A DNA stretch of 61,236 bases from Lobosporangium transversale (lineage: Eukaryota). Position 1 is the first letter of the stretch. Every line of letters begins with the position of its first letter. Shown here piece by piece: positions 23,730-37,048 of this stretch. The notes under the pieces are model-generated. The model worked only from the letters and a program-made list of their open reading frames with translations. It did no database searches and had not been told where the DNA came from. The position numbers and the translations under genes were made by a program. The stretch lies in contig NW_019028999.1 in the NCBI RefSeq assembly GCF_002105155.1, positions 620,001-681,236 of the forward strand. Reading direction: 5' to 3'.

Positions 23730-25664
23730 CTAGAAGTTGAGTTGATATCTTTGAGGGGGAGGACGGCGTTCGCGTGCACCCTCAACTCGTTCGTTGATAC
23801 AATCGGAAGCCCTATGACCGACCTGGCCGCACTAAAGTTTTCGAAGAAATGTTGGAATGGAAGTCTTGTAAGCTTAAGATCTGTATTAAATACAACAAGC
23901 TAACGATGTTCTTGAAATAACTTAAAAGTAAACATACATTATAACATTTGGTGGCCGAAGAGTGTCTGGGTTGCTCGCAATCGCGCGACATGTGACCAAG
24001 TTGCCCACAACGATTACAGGTAATGTCTGTTCGAGGTTCTCTACAATCCCGCACCATGTGACCAAACTGTCCACAACGGTTGCAAGTGACATCTGTTCGA
24101 GGTTCGGTACATTCTCGCACCATGTGGCCAAACTGTCCACAACGATTACAAGTAACGTCTGTTCGGGGCTCAGTACAGTCCCGTACCATATGACCAAATT
24201 TTCCACAGCGATTACAGGTAACGTCTGTTCGGGGCTCCGAACAGTCCCGCACCATATGACCAAGCTGTCCGCAACGGTTACAGGTGACATCTGTCCGGGG
24301 CTCGGTACAATCCCGCACCATGTGGCCTACCTGGCCACAACGGTTACAGTTAATATCTCTCCGAGGCTCGGTACAATCGCGTGCCATGTGACCAACTTCG
24401 TTACAGCGGTTACAGGTCACGTCTCTTCGGGGCTCGGTACACTCGCGTATCCTGTGACCCTCGCGTCCGCATCGGTTGCAAGTAATGGATGCAGGCGGTT
24501 CAGTGCATTCTCTGCTGATGTGACCCTCCCTGTTACAGTTCCTGCAGACCTGTACTTTGCGAGGTTCCGGGCAAGTACGCGTACGGTGCTCTTCAGAGCC
24601 ACAGTTGTAACATTTCCCAAAATATTCTGATCTATCAGATTCTCGTTTATCTTCAGGGCATTCAGAGACTACATGGCCTTCCTGTTTACAGTTATGACAT
24701 CTCGGAATACGGCTTGGAACCACAATGCCGCCTCTCTCGAGCCTCATGAGGTTCTCTTCATAACTTGTGGCCATCCCGATGGACATGCGGCCTCTCTTTA
24801 CGGTTCCAGGCTTGATAAAGGATGGAATAACACGAAACTCCTGTCTAGGCTCACCTTTAAGATTAACAAGTGTATACCCAAAGCCAACAGGCTCATTCTA
24901 AAAGTGATATAGTGCAAATTAGCTCCCGTCAATATACATCTTAGAATAGCTCACATCCTTCATACAATCGTGTGATCATCAATCAGTATTCAATTTACCG
25001 TGGCTACCAAATAGGTGTTGCAATTATCTGCTCGAAGCTTCTCTTCCAAGTCTCTCCAGCTCCTTCCCCTATATAAATCACATATTCGTCCCAACATTGG
25101 TTTCACATCGTCCAAGTCGCGTGTCTTATCAGCTTCTAGAAACAAAGGCCAAACATCCTCAAGCTTCTCTGCGGGTGGTTCTTTAAAGAGATAATGAAGC
25201 ATGATTTATTTGGGTAAGCATCATGAATAGCAGTATAATATGTATCCAAGTAGTAATCATATCGGAAGAAGCAGAAGCTCACCATCAAGATCTGGAGCAA
25301 ACGAAGAGTTTTCTGGAGCAAACGAAGCCTTTTCTGGAGCAAACGAAGCCTTTTCTGAGGTAAATGAAGACTTTTCTTGTACATCATCTACCATAAATAG
25401 AGTGGGTGAGAGCCTTATTTAGATGCCATCATGAAGGGCCAAAAGCAAACCAAAACTAGATAAAAAAAAGTAAATAATGAAGTCGCATTATTCTATACCA
25501 TTTGAATGAGAATGCTTGACATTTTCAGAAATCATGGAAGCCTCCATCTTTTTTGCCATTTGAGTCCAATCGTTATTAAAGTCGGTAGACATGTTGTCAG
25601 ACGCTGCCGCTACTGGCATGTTCCAACCACCACCTGAAGGTGGGGCATCCCAAGGGGAATTCAT
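23730..25664 (-). CDS. Multi-CCHC zinc-knuckle nucleic-acid-binding protein (CNBP/CnjB-like), 12 knuckles
   Basis: Exons 25664-25499, 25387-25283, 25180-24999, 24897-23938, 23831-23730. Twelve CX2CX4HX4C motifs, the last split by an intron; N-terminal domain with EADKTRDLDD and ENLMRL. Confidence 0.88.
23970..24485 (-). repeat. 66-bp coding tandem repeat (22-aa zinc-knuckle unit), about 8 copies
   Basis: Unit CNRCGQxGHMVRDCTEPRTDVT, near-identical at DNA level with 66-bp period. Confidence 0.9.
25290..25375 (-). repeat. 21-bp coding tandem repeat (EKASFAP-like), about 4 copies
   Basis: tctggagcaaacgaagccttt-like units in exon 2 of the zinc-knuckle gene. Confidence 0.85.
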
Positions 25665-26238
25665 CGCGTATTGAGGGTAGTGAGGGAGAACGAAAAAGAG
25701 GACTCTGTGCCAAAAAGTCAATAAATAAAAACAAACAACTACATGTACTACTGTACTGTACGTGACTGAGGCCAAAGCTATTGTTCGCCTCGCATTGCAC
25801 CTACATTCTGGACTCCGCCAAAGTGTTGCCCTCTCAGAATACACGGACCAATTCAAGCCATCAAGACAGAGTGTGCATGCATGACTAGCTCTATTCATCC
25901 TTGATGTTTTGAGATATGATCACAATTTTGGCCGTCAGCTGGCCGAAGTAGCTAATTTCATCAGAGCAAATTTTAAGCACGTACAGTAGTACATCATAAG
26001 GTGCCATCATCCAGCATCATGACTAAACGGTTGCTTCTTTCATATCAATCTCTCTCTTTCTCTCTTTCTCGCTCTCTTTCTCTCTTTCTCTCTTTCTCGC
26101 TCTCTCCCTCTCTTTCTCTCTCTCTCTTTCTCTCCCTCTCTCAAACCTCTTTCTCTTCTTTCTTCTCATTCGTATTTCCTCATTCACTATAATTGCATCA
26201 CATTCTCTTTCCATAACCTCCGAACCACAACAGTCGCT

Positions 26239-29150
26239 ATGAGGTTTCTTGCCTGGTCATCATTGGCCCTCGGGCTCTCATACTCTGTTCAGCTGGTCAA
26301 AGGTATTAACGACTTTTCCCCATCCCTTCCCTCCAGCGTGCTCATACACACCTATGCATCCTGCAACCGAAGCATCTCTTGGCTTCTTGGCACTAGAATC
26401 TCTTTACTGTCCACATGATGTATTGAGTTTATCTGTGCACGGTGACCCTTACTGAAAAAATTTTCTTTTTTCTTGTTCCATTTTAAGCGAGAGGAATCAT
26501 CGACATTCGTGTAACGACTTGCCCAGAAGACAATTGCGTCATTCCTGGGTATCGAAAGATTCAGCAGGATATTAACAAGTTCTCTCGTGGTAGTTTTGTC
26601 CATCTACACTTCACAGACGTTGAACAGGATGAACCATATTCTGGTTATATAAGAAGCGGTTGCTCTCATGAAACGGTTGACAACAAGAACACAGATGATA
26701 GTAGCATAAAGAATCTTCGCTTTCATCGCCGTCCCAAACTTCCTATAACACATATTTCTGTCTTACAGGGCGAGGACGCCGACATGGGTCCTGACTGGGA
26801 GCGAATCCATGGCAATTTGAATGATGGGACCCATGGCCCCACCTTGACCATGTTTGTAAAACGAGATCCTAAACAGTCTCCGATAGAGAGTATTGTTATC
26901 AAGTATGGTTACGATAGTCATGCTGCGATCGGTTACGACCGTCTCCCTATGGATTTGAACTCTGGCACAGGTGAAGGAGCTTTTTATTATGCGACAATGC
27001 TTTGTTGTAGATCTAATGAATGCATTTATGTTTACAATTTTTCCTTTTTAACTTCAACTTCCTCAGGTGGGCAATGGGTGTATCTCTATTACAAAAAGGC
27101 AGGTTCACGAGAGCCAATCACCCACATTGCCACTAAGGCATGTATATTGCCGCTCTGCACGTTGGATGATTCTTGGACACGCGTCAATCGTCCCATCATC
27201 ACAGGCACTCTGAAGCGATACCTTTATCTATTTTATAAGTCTGTTCCAGGGACATTGCCCATCACTAGCATAAAGATGAGTTTGAAGGAGCAAAATAAAG
27301 GCGACAAAGAAGATGTAGATGGAGGTGCTATAGATACGGGTGTCCGCTACAAGGGCAGTAACGTCTATATCTCATACAAACGTGGTGTCACAGACGACAA
27401 CCCCCAGGCCATTGACAATATAGCCATCCAGCTTGGACCTAATCCTGTGCCCAGCAGTTGGAATGCTACCTTGTTTGAGCATGATGTTCAACAGGATGTG
27501 CCAGACTGGGACGCTCACGTCATCTATAGGACAGCGGGCGTCGCTTCACCCAAGAAGCCAACGTTGCGGTTCAAAGAGGATGGCTCATTCAAGATTGTCC
27601 AATTCGCAGACATTCATATGGCTACAGGTCCTCACACGTGCTATAATACCCCCGGCTCGGTATGCCTATCATATTTTATCCAGAAGGAGAAAAGATGTCT
27701 GGCATTTTTCTTTTCTATTTTTTTTTTTTTTAAGTGGTGCTAATATGTCGCATTGTAACGCTTTAGATGACATGCATTGGTGATACTAATACTATGGATA
27801 TGATGGAGCGCATGCTCGACGCTGAGAAGCCGGACCTGGTTGTTTACAGTGGTGATAACGTTGATGGATTGACTTCCAATGATGCATTCTCGGTAAGTCT
27901 TAGAATTTATGCTCATCCTATATATCCTCCTCTCTTCTGATCATACATGTCATGGTTTCTGTTTTTTTTTATTGTTTTGCCCGTTTTATAATATATTGTT
28001 CTGTACCACTTAGACTATTGTCAAATACTCGCGTCCTGTGGTCGAACGTGGTATTCCGTGGACGATCATTTTCGGGAACCATGATGAAGAAGGTGACCTG
28101 TCGCGCGAAGAGATGATGAGCACTGTACAGGATTTACCCTATTCGCTCTCTCAACGTGGACCTCTCCATATTTCGGGCACCGGCAATTATGTTCTCAGTA
28201 TCCATAAGCACAGACGTAAGAGAGCTCATCGACAGGGATTTGATAATAATCAGAATGAAGGCGAAGAGGAAACAAGGCTTGATGATAGTGATGAGAATGA
28301 TATTCAATCCCGAAATGGTTTATTTCATCTCTATTTTCTGGATTCGGGCGCCTACAGCTTTAACCTAAAGTACCCTGGCTGGGACTGGATCAAGGAAGAT
28401 CAGGTTGAATGGTTCCGTCAGACATCCCGCGTTATCACATCACGATACGCTACAGATGATATTCCAAATGCTTTGGCGTTCTTCCACATCCCAATCCCAG
28501 AGTATAATGACCTTGGGGATGATAATGAGGATGACGATAACGATGATGATGACTTGAAGGAAAAGAATAATGTCCGCATGGTTGGAGATAAAGCCGAAGG
28601 TGTCAGTGCTCCTTCCTATAATTCAGGCATGTTTGATGCTTTCTTAGAGAGTAAAGATGTTAGAGCGACGACGGCTGGACACGACCATCTAAACGACTAT
28701 GTATGTAACTAGCGAAATGCTTTACTTCCTTTGATTGATTCTCTTATTGTATCGGCCTTATGATGTGCTTGACTTTTTGACTTTATTTGTTTTTTGTCTG
28801 ATATTGCGCACTAGTGCTTGAACCACCATGGCATCAATCTTTGCTATGGTGGTGGTCTTGGCTATGGTACTTATGGTAGCCCAACGATTCCAAGACGCTC
28901 ACGAGTTTTTGAAATACGCAACAATGGCGACCGTGTTGATACCTGGAAGCGCCTGGATGACGAGGATATGACTTTGGTAAATCAACAAACTTTGTTTGTT
29001 GGCAAGAAGTCGCCATCGTCGGCTCATGGGCGCCCTAGCAATGGTCGTAGTGGTAAATCTACAAGACCCAAAAACAGGCAGGATAGTGATCTCTATGAGA
29101 GTCTACGACAAGGCGCACAGTACGTGATGAATGGACTCATTGGTCATTGA
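26239..29150 (+). CDS. Calcineurin-like metallophosphoesterase, Dcr2/PAP-like, with signal peptide and N-terminal beta-prism-like repeats
   Basis: Exons 26239-26302, 26488-26970, 27067-27659, 27767-27892, 28014-28700, 28815-29150. FKIVQFADIH, DLVVYSGDN, FGNHD, LYFLDS, AFFHIP.PEY, GHDH.NDYC, LCYGGG.GYG.YG. Confidence 0.92.
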
Positions 29151-29323
29151 TACAATTTATGGCAGGATCATCTCCGTTTGTTTATATATTATGTGTATAA
29201 ATACAAAGAAATAAAATTAAATGTTGGCAAATGCTAAAAAAAAAAAAAAAAAAAAAAAAAAAATAGAGAAAAGGAGAGAGGAAAGGGTATTTAAAACTAT
29301 AGTTAAAGAGTATGATTCTAAAA

Positions 29324-32300
29324 TCACCAGAATCGCATGGACGGCTTCTCATTAAGAACTTGATCAATTACATGGCGCTGACTCTTTCGTAGCGACCGTG
29401 CTCCATGAATCAATCCGCCCCTTGCTAGGTTCTGTCGGAATGGTTGATGGACATGATGTGGTGGGTGGTTATTATGAGTACTGCCTTGGCTACTGGTGCT
29501 ACTATCGCTATTCGTGCTTGCAACGGATAGCGCAGAGGCTCTAGGCCCATTAGCATGGTAGTTTGTAAATGGGTCCATAGACGATCCGTACATGACCTTA
29601 AGTTTGGTAGCAACCTCTTTTCGATTTATAATTCGTCGACTACCTGTCCATTGTTCAAGTAAATTCAATACAGGTCCCACCATATCCTTACTCATGCGGT
29701 CAGCCTCTCCATATGCTACGCCAGCCCAGCTATACTTTCCGAGGTCACGGATGTCATCAGGAAACTCTTTTGGTTTATGATGATCGTTCAGTCTTCCCGA
29801 GGATGCTGACGAAGCGCTGAGCGACTTTCCATGCCCACCTCCATTCGAATATGGATGCTGATGCAACAGTTTGACCACTTTAATTGCTCTTTGAATTCCG
29901 CTCTCGGTACTGATATCCAGGTCGTGGTTTAATAACCACTCCACATTTTTAATCCTCAGATGCGCCGCTGCTGCAACCAAGGCTGTTTCGCCCGCAAATG
30001 ACATGGCCGGATCCAAGCCAGCTTCACAAAGGCAATCCAGGATACGGTAATCTTCCTGCATTGCTGCTACAACATGAATCAAAGGACGTCCTTGTGCAAA
30101 CATACGCTCAACTTTCTTCCCGCCTCGCTCCTGATACACGTTTTGATTGGCATGTGATATCCGCATCCGAGATTGACGCCGCTCCTGTCTCGAATAAGAC
30201 AATGTACCTCCTGACCCATCGCCGCTGCTCGCGGATCCTGCATACAACTGACGTGACTCATTAACGAGGTTGAGCGCATAAATCTGAGCGCTATTGAGCG
30301 GTGTAATCGGATTGCGAATATAAGCCGGGATCCGGGCTCCGCGCATAACAAAATACTTGAGAGCTTCGTAACAATATTGTGTGTTTGAGGAGACTAAGAT
30401 CATGACAGGAGTGTAACCTTGCAAATTTTCCAGATTAATATCGGCCCCAAGCTCTACCAAAACCTTGATGGTATCCATCGGCGACTCAAGGAAAAGACAA
30501 GCCAGGTGGAGCGCAGTATCCCCAGTCTGGACGCTGGACTCGTTAATAGGATTGTAATAAGGTCCCCCGTGGGTAAGGTAGTACTTAAGTGCGGGAATGT
30601 CTCCAACAAGCGGACAGAGGTATATGGGTGTCTTGGGTGGGTTTGCAGGTGAATATGGCTCAGATTGTACACCTTGGTCTCTGAAATATGCACGAGTGCC
30701 TGAATCAAAGTATAATTAACGATAATATGTGTGAATGTTAATTTTTTTTTTTTTTTTTTTTTTTTCTTCAAAGTTTGCGTTGCATATACCAATGGATCTC
30801 GGATAAAGTAACATACGTTCAATATAATTCACGGTTTCTCTCATCATAGGATCCTGAATATCAAATACCATCCGATTAAGGGCATTGGAAGCTCTCTCCA
30901 GACTAGCCATCCGAGCATCAAGCTCTGGTGGGACTGGAAGAGATGCAGAGGTTGTGTCGCTAGGCACAACAAACCCTGTTGCGATCTGATGGACCGGTTC
31001 CGAGGGCTTGGCCATTAGTGTTTGGAGGATCGCGATCACTACATCGATTTTGAGTCTCTTGGATGGTTTGACATCCCAGCATTTGACGATAAGGTCGCGG
31101 AATTCTCTTGGTGTCCCAGGTACAATTTCTTCCCGTAAACCGTCCATGAGCTCTCTAAGCAACATAGGCTCACGCAATCGCTTAGCAAAGGGAATGCGGC
31201 CAGATGAGATATGCCAAAAAATAACGCCCAGACTGTAGATATCACAAGCTGCTGAATAAACCGGTCTTTGTTGTGGGAAGCGCTCGGGGGCCAGAAAAGA
31301 GGCAACTCCAACTGTTGCTGCCAGCTCTGCGGTCTGTTCTTTATTGGATGAACGACTCAATCCAAAGTCACAAATCATGGCTGTTCTTTTGTCATCTAAC
31401 AGAATGTTGCCACTGTGCAGGTCTCTGTGGTGGAATCCTGACTTGTGAAGGAACTCGAGTCCCTTTGTGATCTCAATTGAAAGGCGGTATCGCTCGAACC
31501 ATGTAAGGTTTTCGTGATGCAGCTCCAAGAATGCGCACAGGTTCCCATTTGTGCAGTGCTTCATAACCATGCATTTAATATTTGTGCTAGGATCTGTTGT
31601 TACGCCGTAAAAAGGGACAATAAAATCATAGTCATGCACTCGTTTTAGGATCTCGAGCTATTATTTAAATGCATAGACAAGAGATACATTTTGAGAAAAT
31701 GTTGTTATTTTTGTTAAACAACAACCTATTTTTAAACTGAATAGTCATTACAGTCAATAAACTAGGCATACTAAGCGTATTCCAATTTCTAGACATACCT
31801 CTTGATCAAATTGCTCGACGCCCTCGTTGTTCTCGGGTAGAGCACGTTTCAGGACAACTCGAAGTCGAGACCACTCTGCTGTATGAATCTCGCCATAGCC
31901 ACCCCGCTTCAACGGCTGGATGTTGGTAATATCCTTAAAGTCAATTTGACGGCAATTATTAACCACAGTCCGCTCTAAAATTCTAGTTCGCTCTCTCTTG
32001 AGGGTCTCCTGCGTTTCCAGCTCAGGTACTGCCTCTTGCACATCATGATAACTTGCATCCTTTCTGTGTTCGCTCTGATCAATGTTGCTAGGGACTCTGT
32101 GACCGTCTGCTCCGCCAAAGCTTTCGGCCCCTAATTCCGCTGCAGAATGCTCTCCTAGCTCACCATAATCATCATCGTCATCTCCGACTGGATGCAAACA
32201 ATCCACTGGTGAGTGAACTTCGTCTTCGTCATTGTCGTCAGATTGCGATCCAGCAGATGAAAGAACGGGTGTCTCGTCGTGCTGCGCATGTGATGATTGT

Positions 32301-32923
32301 AAGTATTCGCTCTGTGGGATGGCAGCCTGACCCTGGGATCCGCTCACGTTACTACTAACACTGCTGCCAGCACTGTAGCCTCTAAAGCCAGGACCAGGAC
32401 GATTCGAATGAATAGGAGGTGTGACTCCCTGGGATCTTGGTTGTAATGATGGCTGATAGGCTCGAGCAAATTGATCGTCTGGCAGATGATGGTGGTGCGC
32501 AGATTGTTGTTGTGAAGGATAGTACTGTTCAGATAAGGGTCGTGAGGGACGCTGACGAGGGAGTGTCGCAGGGTAGGGTCGTGTGGATGTCGGTATTGAG
32601 GGTGGTTGTGCGGATTGTGTATAGCGTGTGACACCTACTCTTGTTCCTGCACCTGTCTCTTCCCCTTCCTCGTCCTCCTCCATGACACTGTTGAGAGCTG
32701 CATCTTTTCCATTCTTCTGAGCCTTGTTGTTGATGTTTGCCTCTGAAAGGCTAGTGGGTTCGTTCACACGTAAGGGCTGTCTTGGAGCAGGCAATGGTCC
32801 TGTGCTAATGTATTCAACTTCGATCTCAAGGGTTGAGTATTGTCGAGATTGTTGAGCTGGACGAGGAGCAGAATGTATAGAAGCCCTCCGGTTGAGCGGA
32901 GGGGCGTTGGTAGCACTCGACAT
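29324..32923 (-). CDS. Tyrosine-kinase-like (TKL) protein kinase with C-terminal ankyrin repeats
   Basis: Exons 32923-31799, 31657-30817, 30699-29324. RGGYG, HRDLHSGNILL, DFGLS, FLAPE, DIYSLG; ankyrin motifs GDTALHLAC, LVELGADIN, GYTP, GETALVAAA. Confidence 0.9.
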
Positions 32924-34319
32924 GGAATGAATGAATGAATGAACGAAAGAAGGAAGGAATAAAAGAATAAAGGAAAAAAGGAACAAAGGAATAATGAACG
33001 TCCTGTAAAAGAAAAGACGAGGACAATGGGGTCAGCCAATATTGAAGTTTGGAATAGTAAGATGTGTATGGAAGAGGAGAGAGAGGGGGGGAAAGGAGGG
33101 AAGAATGGGAGTGAGGGAGAACAGACAGACAGGATGGTATTTTTTTTTTTTTTTTTTTTTTTTTTGAATGGGGAGGGCGAAAGACAACAGAAAATATGTT
33201 TACACACACATGTCTGTTTACAAACTCTGACTATTGCTCTGCTCAACTAACAATGATGTTGCTCCAAAGTATGTACAGACCATGACCATGACCATCTTCA
33301 ATGCTTCGAATGTTTGCACTGCCAACATTTTTTTTTTCTTTTCTTTCGCCTACAATCTATGACGAGAAAAAAATCTTTTTTTTTTTTTTTTTTTTTTTTT
33401 CCTCTAGCAAATTCCCTATATTTCTAACTACCCAAGATCAAATATCCATTTGCTAAAAGAAAAAATATCAAGAGTATCACAGCCATTGATCAGCATTGTG
33501 TGTAAATGGAATTAAAGTTAAAAAAGAAGTGGCGTTCATTCTGGTCTAATGTATATAATTCCATAAATAAAATTACTGAATCCGAGGCTGAATATTCCTT
33601 GGGCGAAAAGGTCCGTGTCTTTTGTGTCCTCAATCCAAAGGTGGTCCAACAAAGATGTTAAAAAAATAACCTTTGCCTGATCTAACGCAATGGTAACGAG
33701 AAATCCTATTCCAGAATGAAATTCTTTGCATTATTTTATTATTTTACCAACTCAATAGGCCCAACGGGGCTTTGAGGCTGTTCATGGGGCAATTCGCCAC
33801 AACGATGTTTGTGAGATGTTCCACGTCAATAATTTCTTTGTGCTCAACAGATTGTCATACCCAAATCACAGTCATATCTTCCAGACTCAACCATCCAGAG
33901 TCCACTTTGCCTTAAGGACCGCAACCTCGCCCTTATCCAAAGATGCGTCAACCATGGGCTGTGGGACACTACCAAATTGGCTAGTAAAAAGCACAGGCAC
34001 TGGTCTTCAACTGGGGTTCGAGGAAGCAAGGGAAAAGCCCCGTCCATACAATGCTCTTGCGAGTATTCTTTGAACTAGAGGACCAAGAAAGTGTTCAAAA
34101 ACACAACCGGGAGAAGTATGGTAACGAGAACAAAGCTTCTCTTTTACCCATTATGAAGCATCTTGCGAGTCTTAGCTACTAATCTTGGTTAACTGTCTGC
34201 CCAGAAGCAACAGAGCCAGATCAAGAGGGATCTGGACTTTTAGATCCATCCCATAAGCAGCAGCGACATGATGAAATGAGGAATTAGTAAGTATGAATTG
34301 TCCACAGATAATTGTTACC

Positions 34320-35170
34320 ATGGGCACTCAAGGAGCACTCGATCATCTTGCAAAGCCTGATGCCAAAAGGGCGCCTTTAATACATTCGTTATCCAAGTAG
34401 GCGTATTTTTTCATCTACTTCCGCTACTCGACTGCTACGACAAAGTCGTTCCTCGCAACACTCTAACAGGAGGGCTCCCAGGCTTCACATTCTTTTTGCG
34501 GGAACATACAGAATGGTCTTGTAGACACACTTCGAGACTCCTCAGTCGAGAGCCGCGTCGCTTATTCAGCCCAACCGGTACACTGCATTTTGATGGCCCT
34601 ACCATCATCCAAAAGAACAAGGTCCATAATACGAGGACTACGACATCGACGCGCATCCAGAATAAAGCAATGCAAGTGATAAAACAGGTCGCCAATCACT
34701 TTAGTACACATCCTGCTGTGCTTTATCAAAAATATCATCAGATATAACATAGCGGCTATCACGGAGTGGCGACCAACAACGTCTTTGGGCACAGCATTCG
34801 AGACCGCATTTGCCACAAACCTTGGAAGAATAGGCGAACAGTCATGGCGAGACAGACATGTGCGTGAGCGCATCTCTTCTCAGTTAAGGGCCACAATTGC
34901 CATAATTGATTCTGTTTTCCTTTTCATCGTCCTAGACCATATCAGGAGACTAGGAACGAGATGAGGTTGTTTGGGCTTAGTCTAGTACAAATGGCTATGT
35001 TATTAGTAATGAGAATCCCCAGAACGTAAAAAGAAAGTGGAACAAGGATTAAAGAATTATTGCAAAGCATGCAAGCGTGATGAGAAACAGTGACTTGATC
35101 CTGGATTGTTTGAGTTTTGGAATGCACTGATTGACTATTAGAAATCATTGTTCGTCTTTGTCTTTTAGTC
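34320..35170 (+). pseudogene. Degenerate XPG/FEN1-like (PIN + H3TH) nuclease relic, possibly from a mobile element
   Basis: Colinear motifs in shifting frames with stops: MGTQGAL (34320), LHFDG...QK (34583), GETDMCV (34846), IIDSVFLF (about 34902-34925), GLS..Q (34973), VISNEN..NV (34999). Confidence 0.6.
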
Positions 35171-35493
35171 ACAGTCCATGCATTTGAAGGGATGAACTGA
35201 GAACAAGAACAGACGAGCAAAGCAGAACATCATTGAATAGAAACATCTGTTTCTTAGTATAGTGGTTTCACTCATTGCTGAGCTGATCTTTCATGCTTGA
35301 CATAATCCGTTTTTAGAAACGAGGACGTCGACACGCTATTGCATGATAGTTCTGGATCATGTTAAGTCTCCGACTAAACTCGGCCACTGATCGTTCTATC
35401 TCTTGAGATAGTCATAATGCGAGAGAATTTTTTTTTTTTATTTTTTATTTTTAACAGAAAGTCTAATAACATCAGTTCTGTTGTTCGGAAGAA

Positions 35494-35524
<31 letters not shown>

Positions 35525-36290
35525 AAAAATATCGGGATCGACACAGATCTCGATCATTACAAAATTGGAGATCCACGATGTTAGGGAACACTAAAGAGAC
35601 TTTTTTTTTTTTTTTTTTTTTTAGTGAGCATACACAGATGCATGTACCTGTAATGAGGTCGGAATTGAAATAGGTATATAAATATTAATAATTTCCCTTT
35701 ACAAGTGCATAATAACGCTTTGTAGAGTTTACACTAATAAGTATATATATTTATAACATGACATTCCTGCCTTGCAAGTGGTGACGATGAATAATCTGAA
35801 GGTTGCAATTGAGTGCTGGAAACACAGATCGGATCGGGCAATTAAGGATCCAAAAAAGCCAGAAGAAGGAGGCTTGCACACAGATGTTTGCATAATAAAA
35901 GATCCAATACAGATGGGACAGGAAAGACATCGACAACAAATGGCCATATCGATCAATAAATAAACAAAGGAATAAAGTACGACCAAGCCTAGAACTACGA
36001 ATAATAAATAATAAATAATAAATAATATATAAATAATAAATAATACATGTCAATAGGAGATGTAAACAGGAATAAATCGATGCACTAAACAAAGAGTCAG
36101 ATTAGCTTTATAGTTTTTTTAGTTTTTAGTTTTAGTTTTAGTTTTAGTCTTGACAAAGATCACTCCTCCCTCATACCATACCATTTCCCTGCTCCTCTGT
36201 CCCCCCAGCATTTCTCTCCTGCCTTGCTCTCAGATTTCCAGATCCAACAACAAACACAACAAAGGCATCGGCATTGAATGCTCTGAAGTC

Positions 36291-36339
<49 letters not shown>

Positions 36340-37048
36340 CTTTCACTACTTTGCGTATTCAACTTCACTACTTTGCGTATGTGGATGTAGCCTTGTGTTC
36401 TATCCCTTCTCCTCTTTCTCTTTTTCCCCTGGCTATCCTTTCTTTTGCGATTTTGTTGCTTTTTGAATCCGGATACTCGACCAGGTTCTCTGAATCAAGG
36501 ACATTTGACCTGTTTCTCTTACAACGACTCCTCCTCCTTCTCGTTCTCTCACTCACTCGCTCTCACTCTTTTTTCCTACATTATATTCCATCATTCATTG
36601 TTCATTATTCTTCATTCCTCTTGTCTCTTTTCTCTCCTTTCGTTATTTACTCTTATTTTTCCTCGTCTCCTTTCCACGCCGAGTCTCATTCATAAAAAAA
36701 AAAACGTTCATTCGTTTATATAGTTCTTTGGCTTTTTTTTTTTTTTTTTTTTTTTTTTTTCCTCATTAAGCCTATTGAAACCAACTGATTCTAGACACAG
36801 AGGGTCTGTCTCACTTGCTCTTGTCTTTTAGGCCAATATATATTTCAGTTTACTTGCCCAGGTGTCAAAGACTATTTTCAAAACATCGTTCATTACATTC
36901 GTCCCTTTCCTTCAAACCCCCCCCAAAACCCTCACCCTCAAAATCTCATTGCTCAAACGCACACTTTCTCTTCTCCTCTCCTATTTTTTTGTTGAGCCAC
37001 ATATAATCAAGATTGGTTCATTAGAACGTTTTTGCATGCCTGCACTCA

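Noticed and set aside
23962..24630. Repetitive 222-aa plus-strand ORF or CRISPR-like periodicity
   Set aside because: Antisense of the 66-bp zinc-knuckle array; no unique spacers, and the context is eukaryotic.
23730..25664. Zinc knuckles as a retrotransposon gag gene
   Set aside because: Four introns and no pol or LTRs; this is a cellular gene.
35729..36092. Short overlapping ORFs upstream of the GATA gene
   Set aside because: No recognisable motifs; AT-rich low-complexity flanks.
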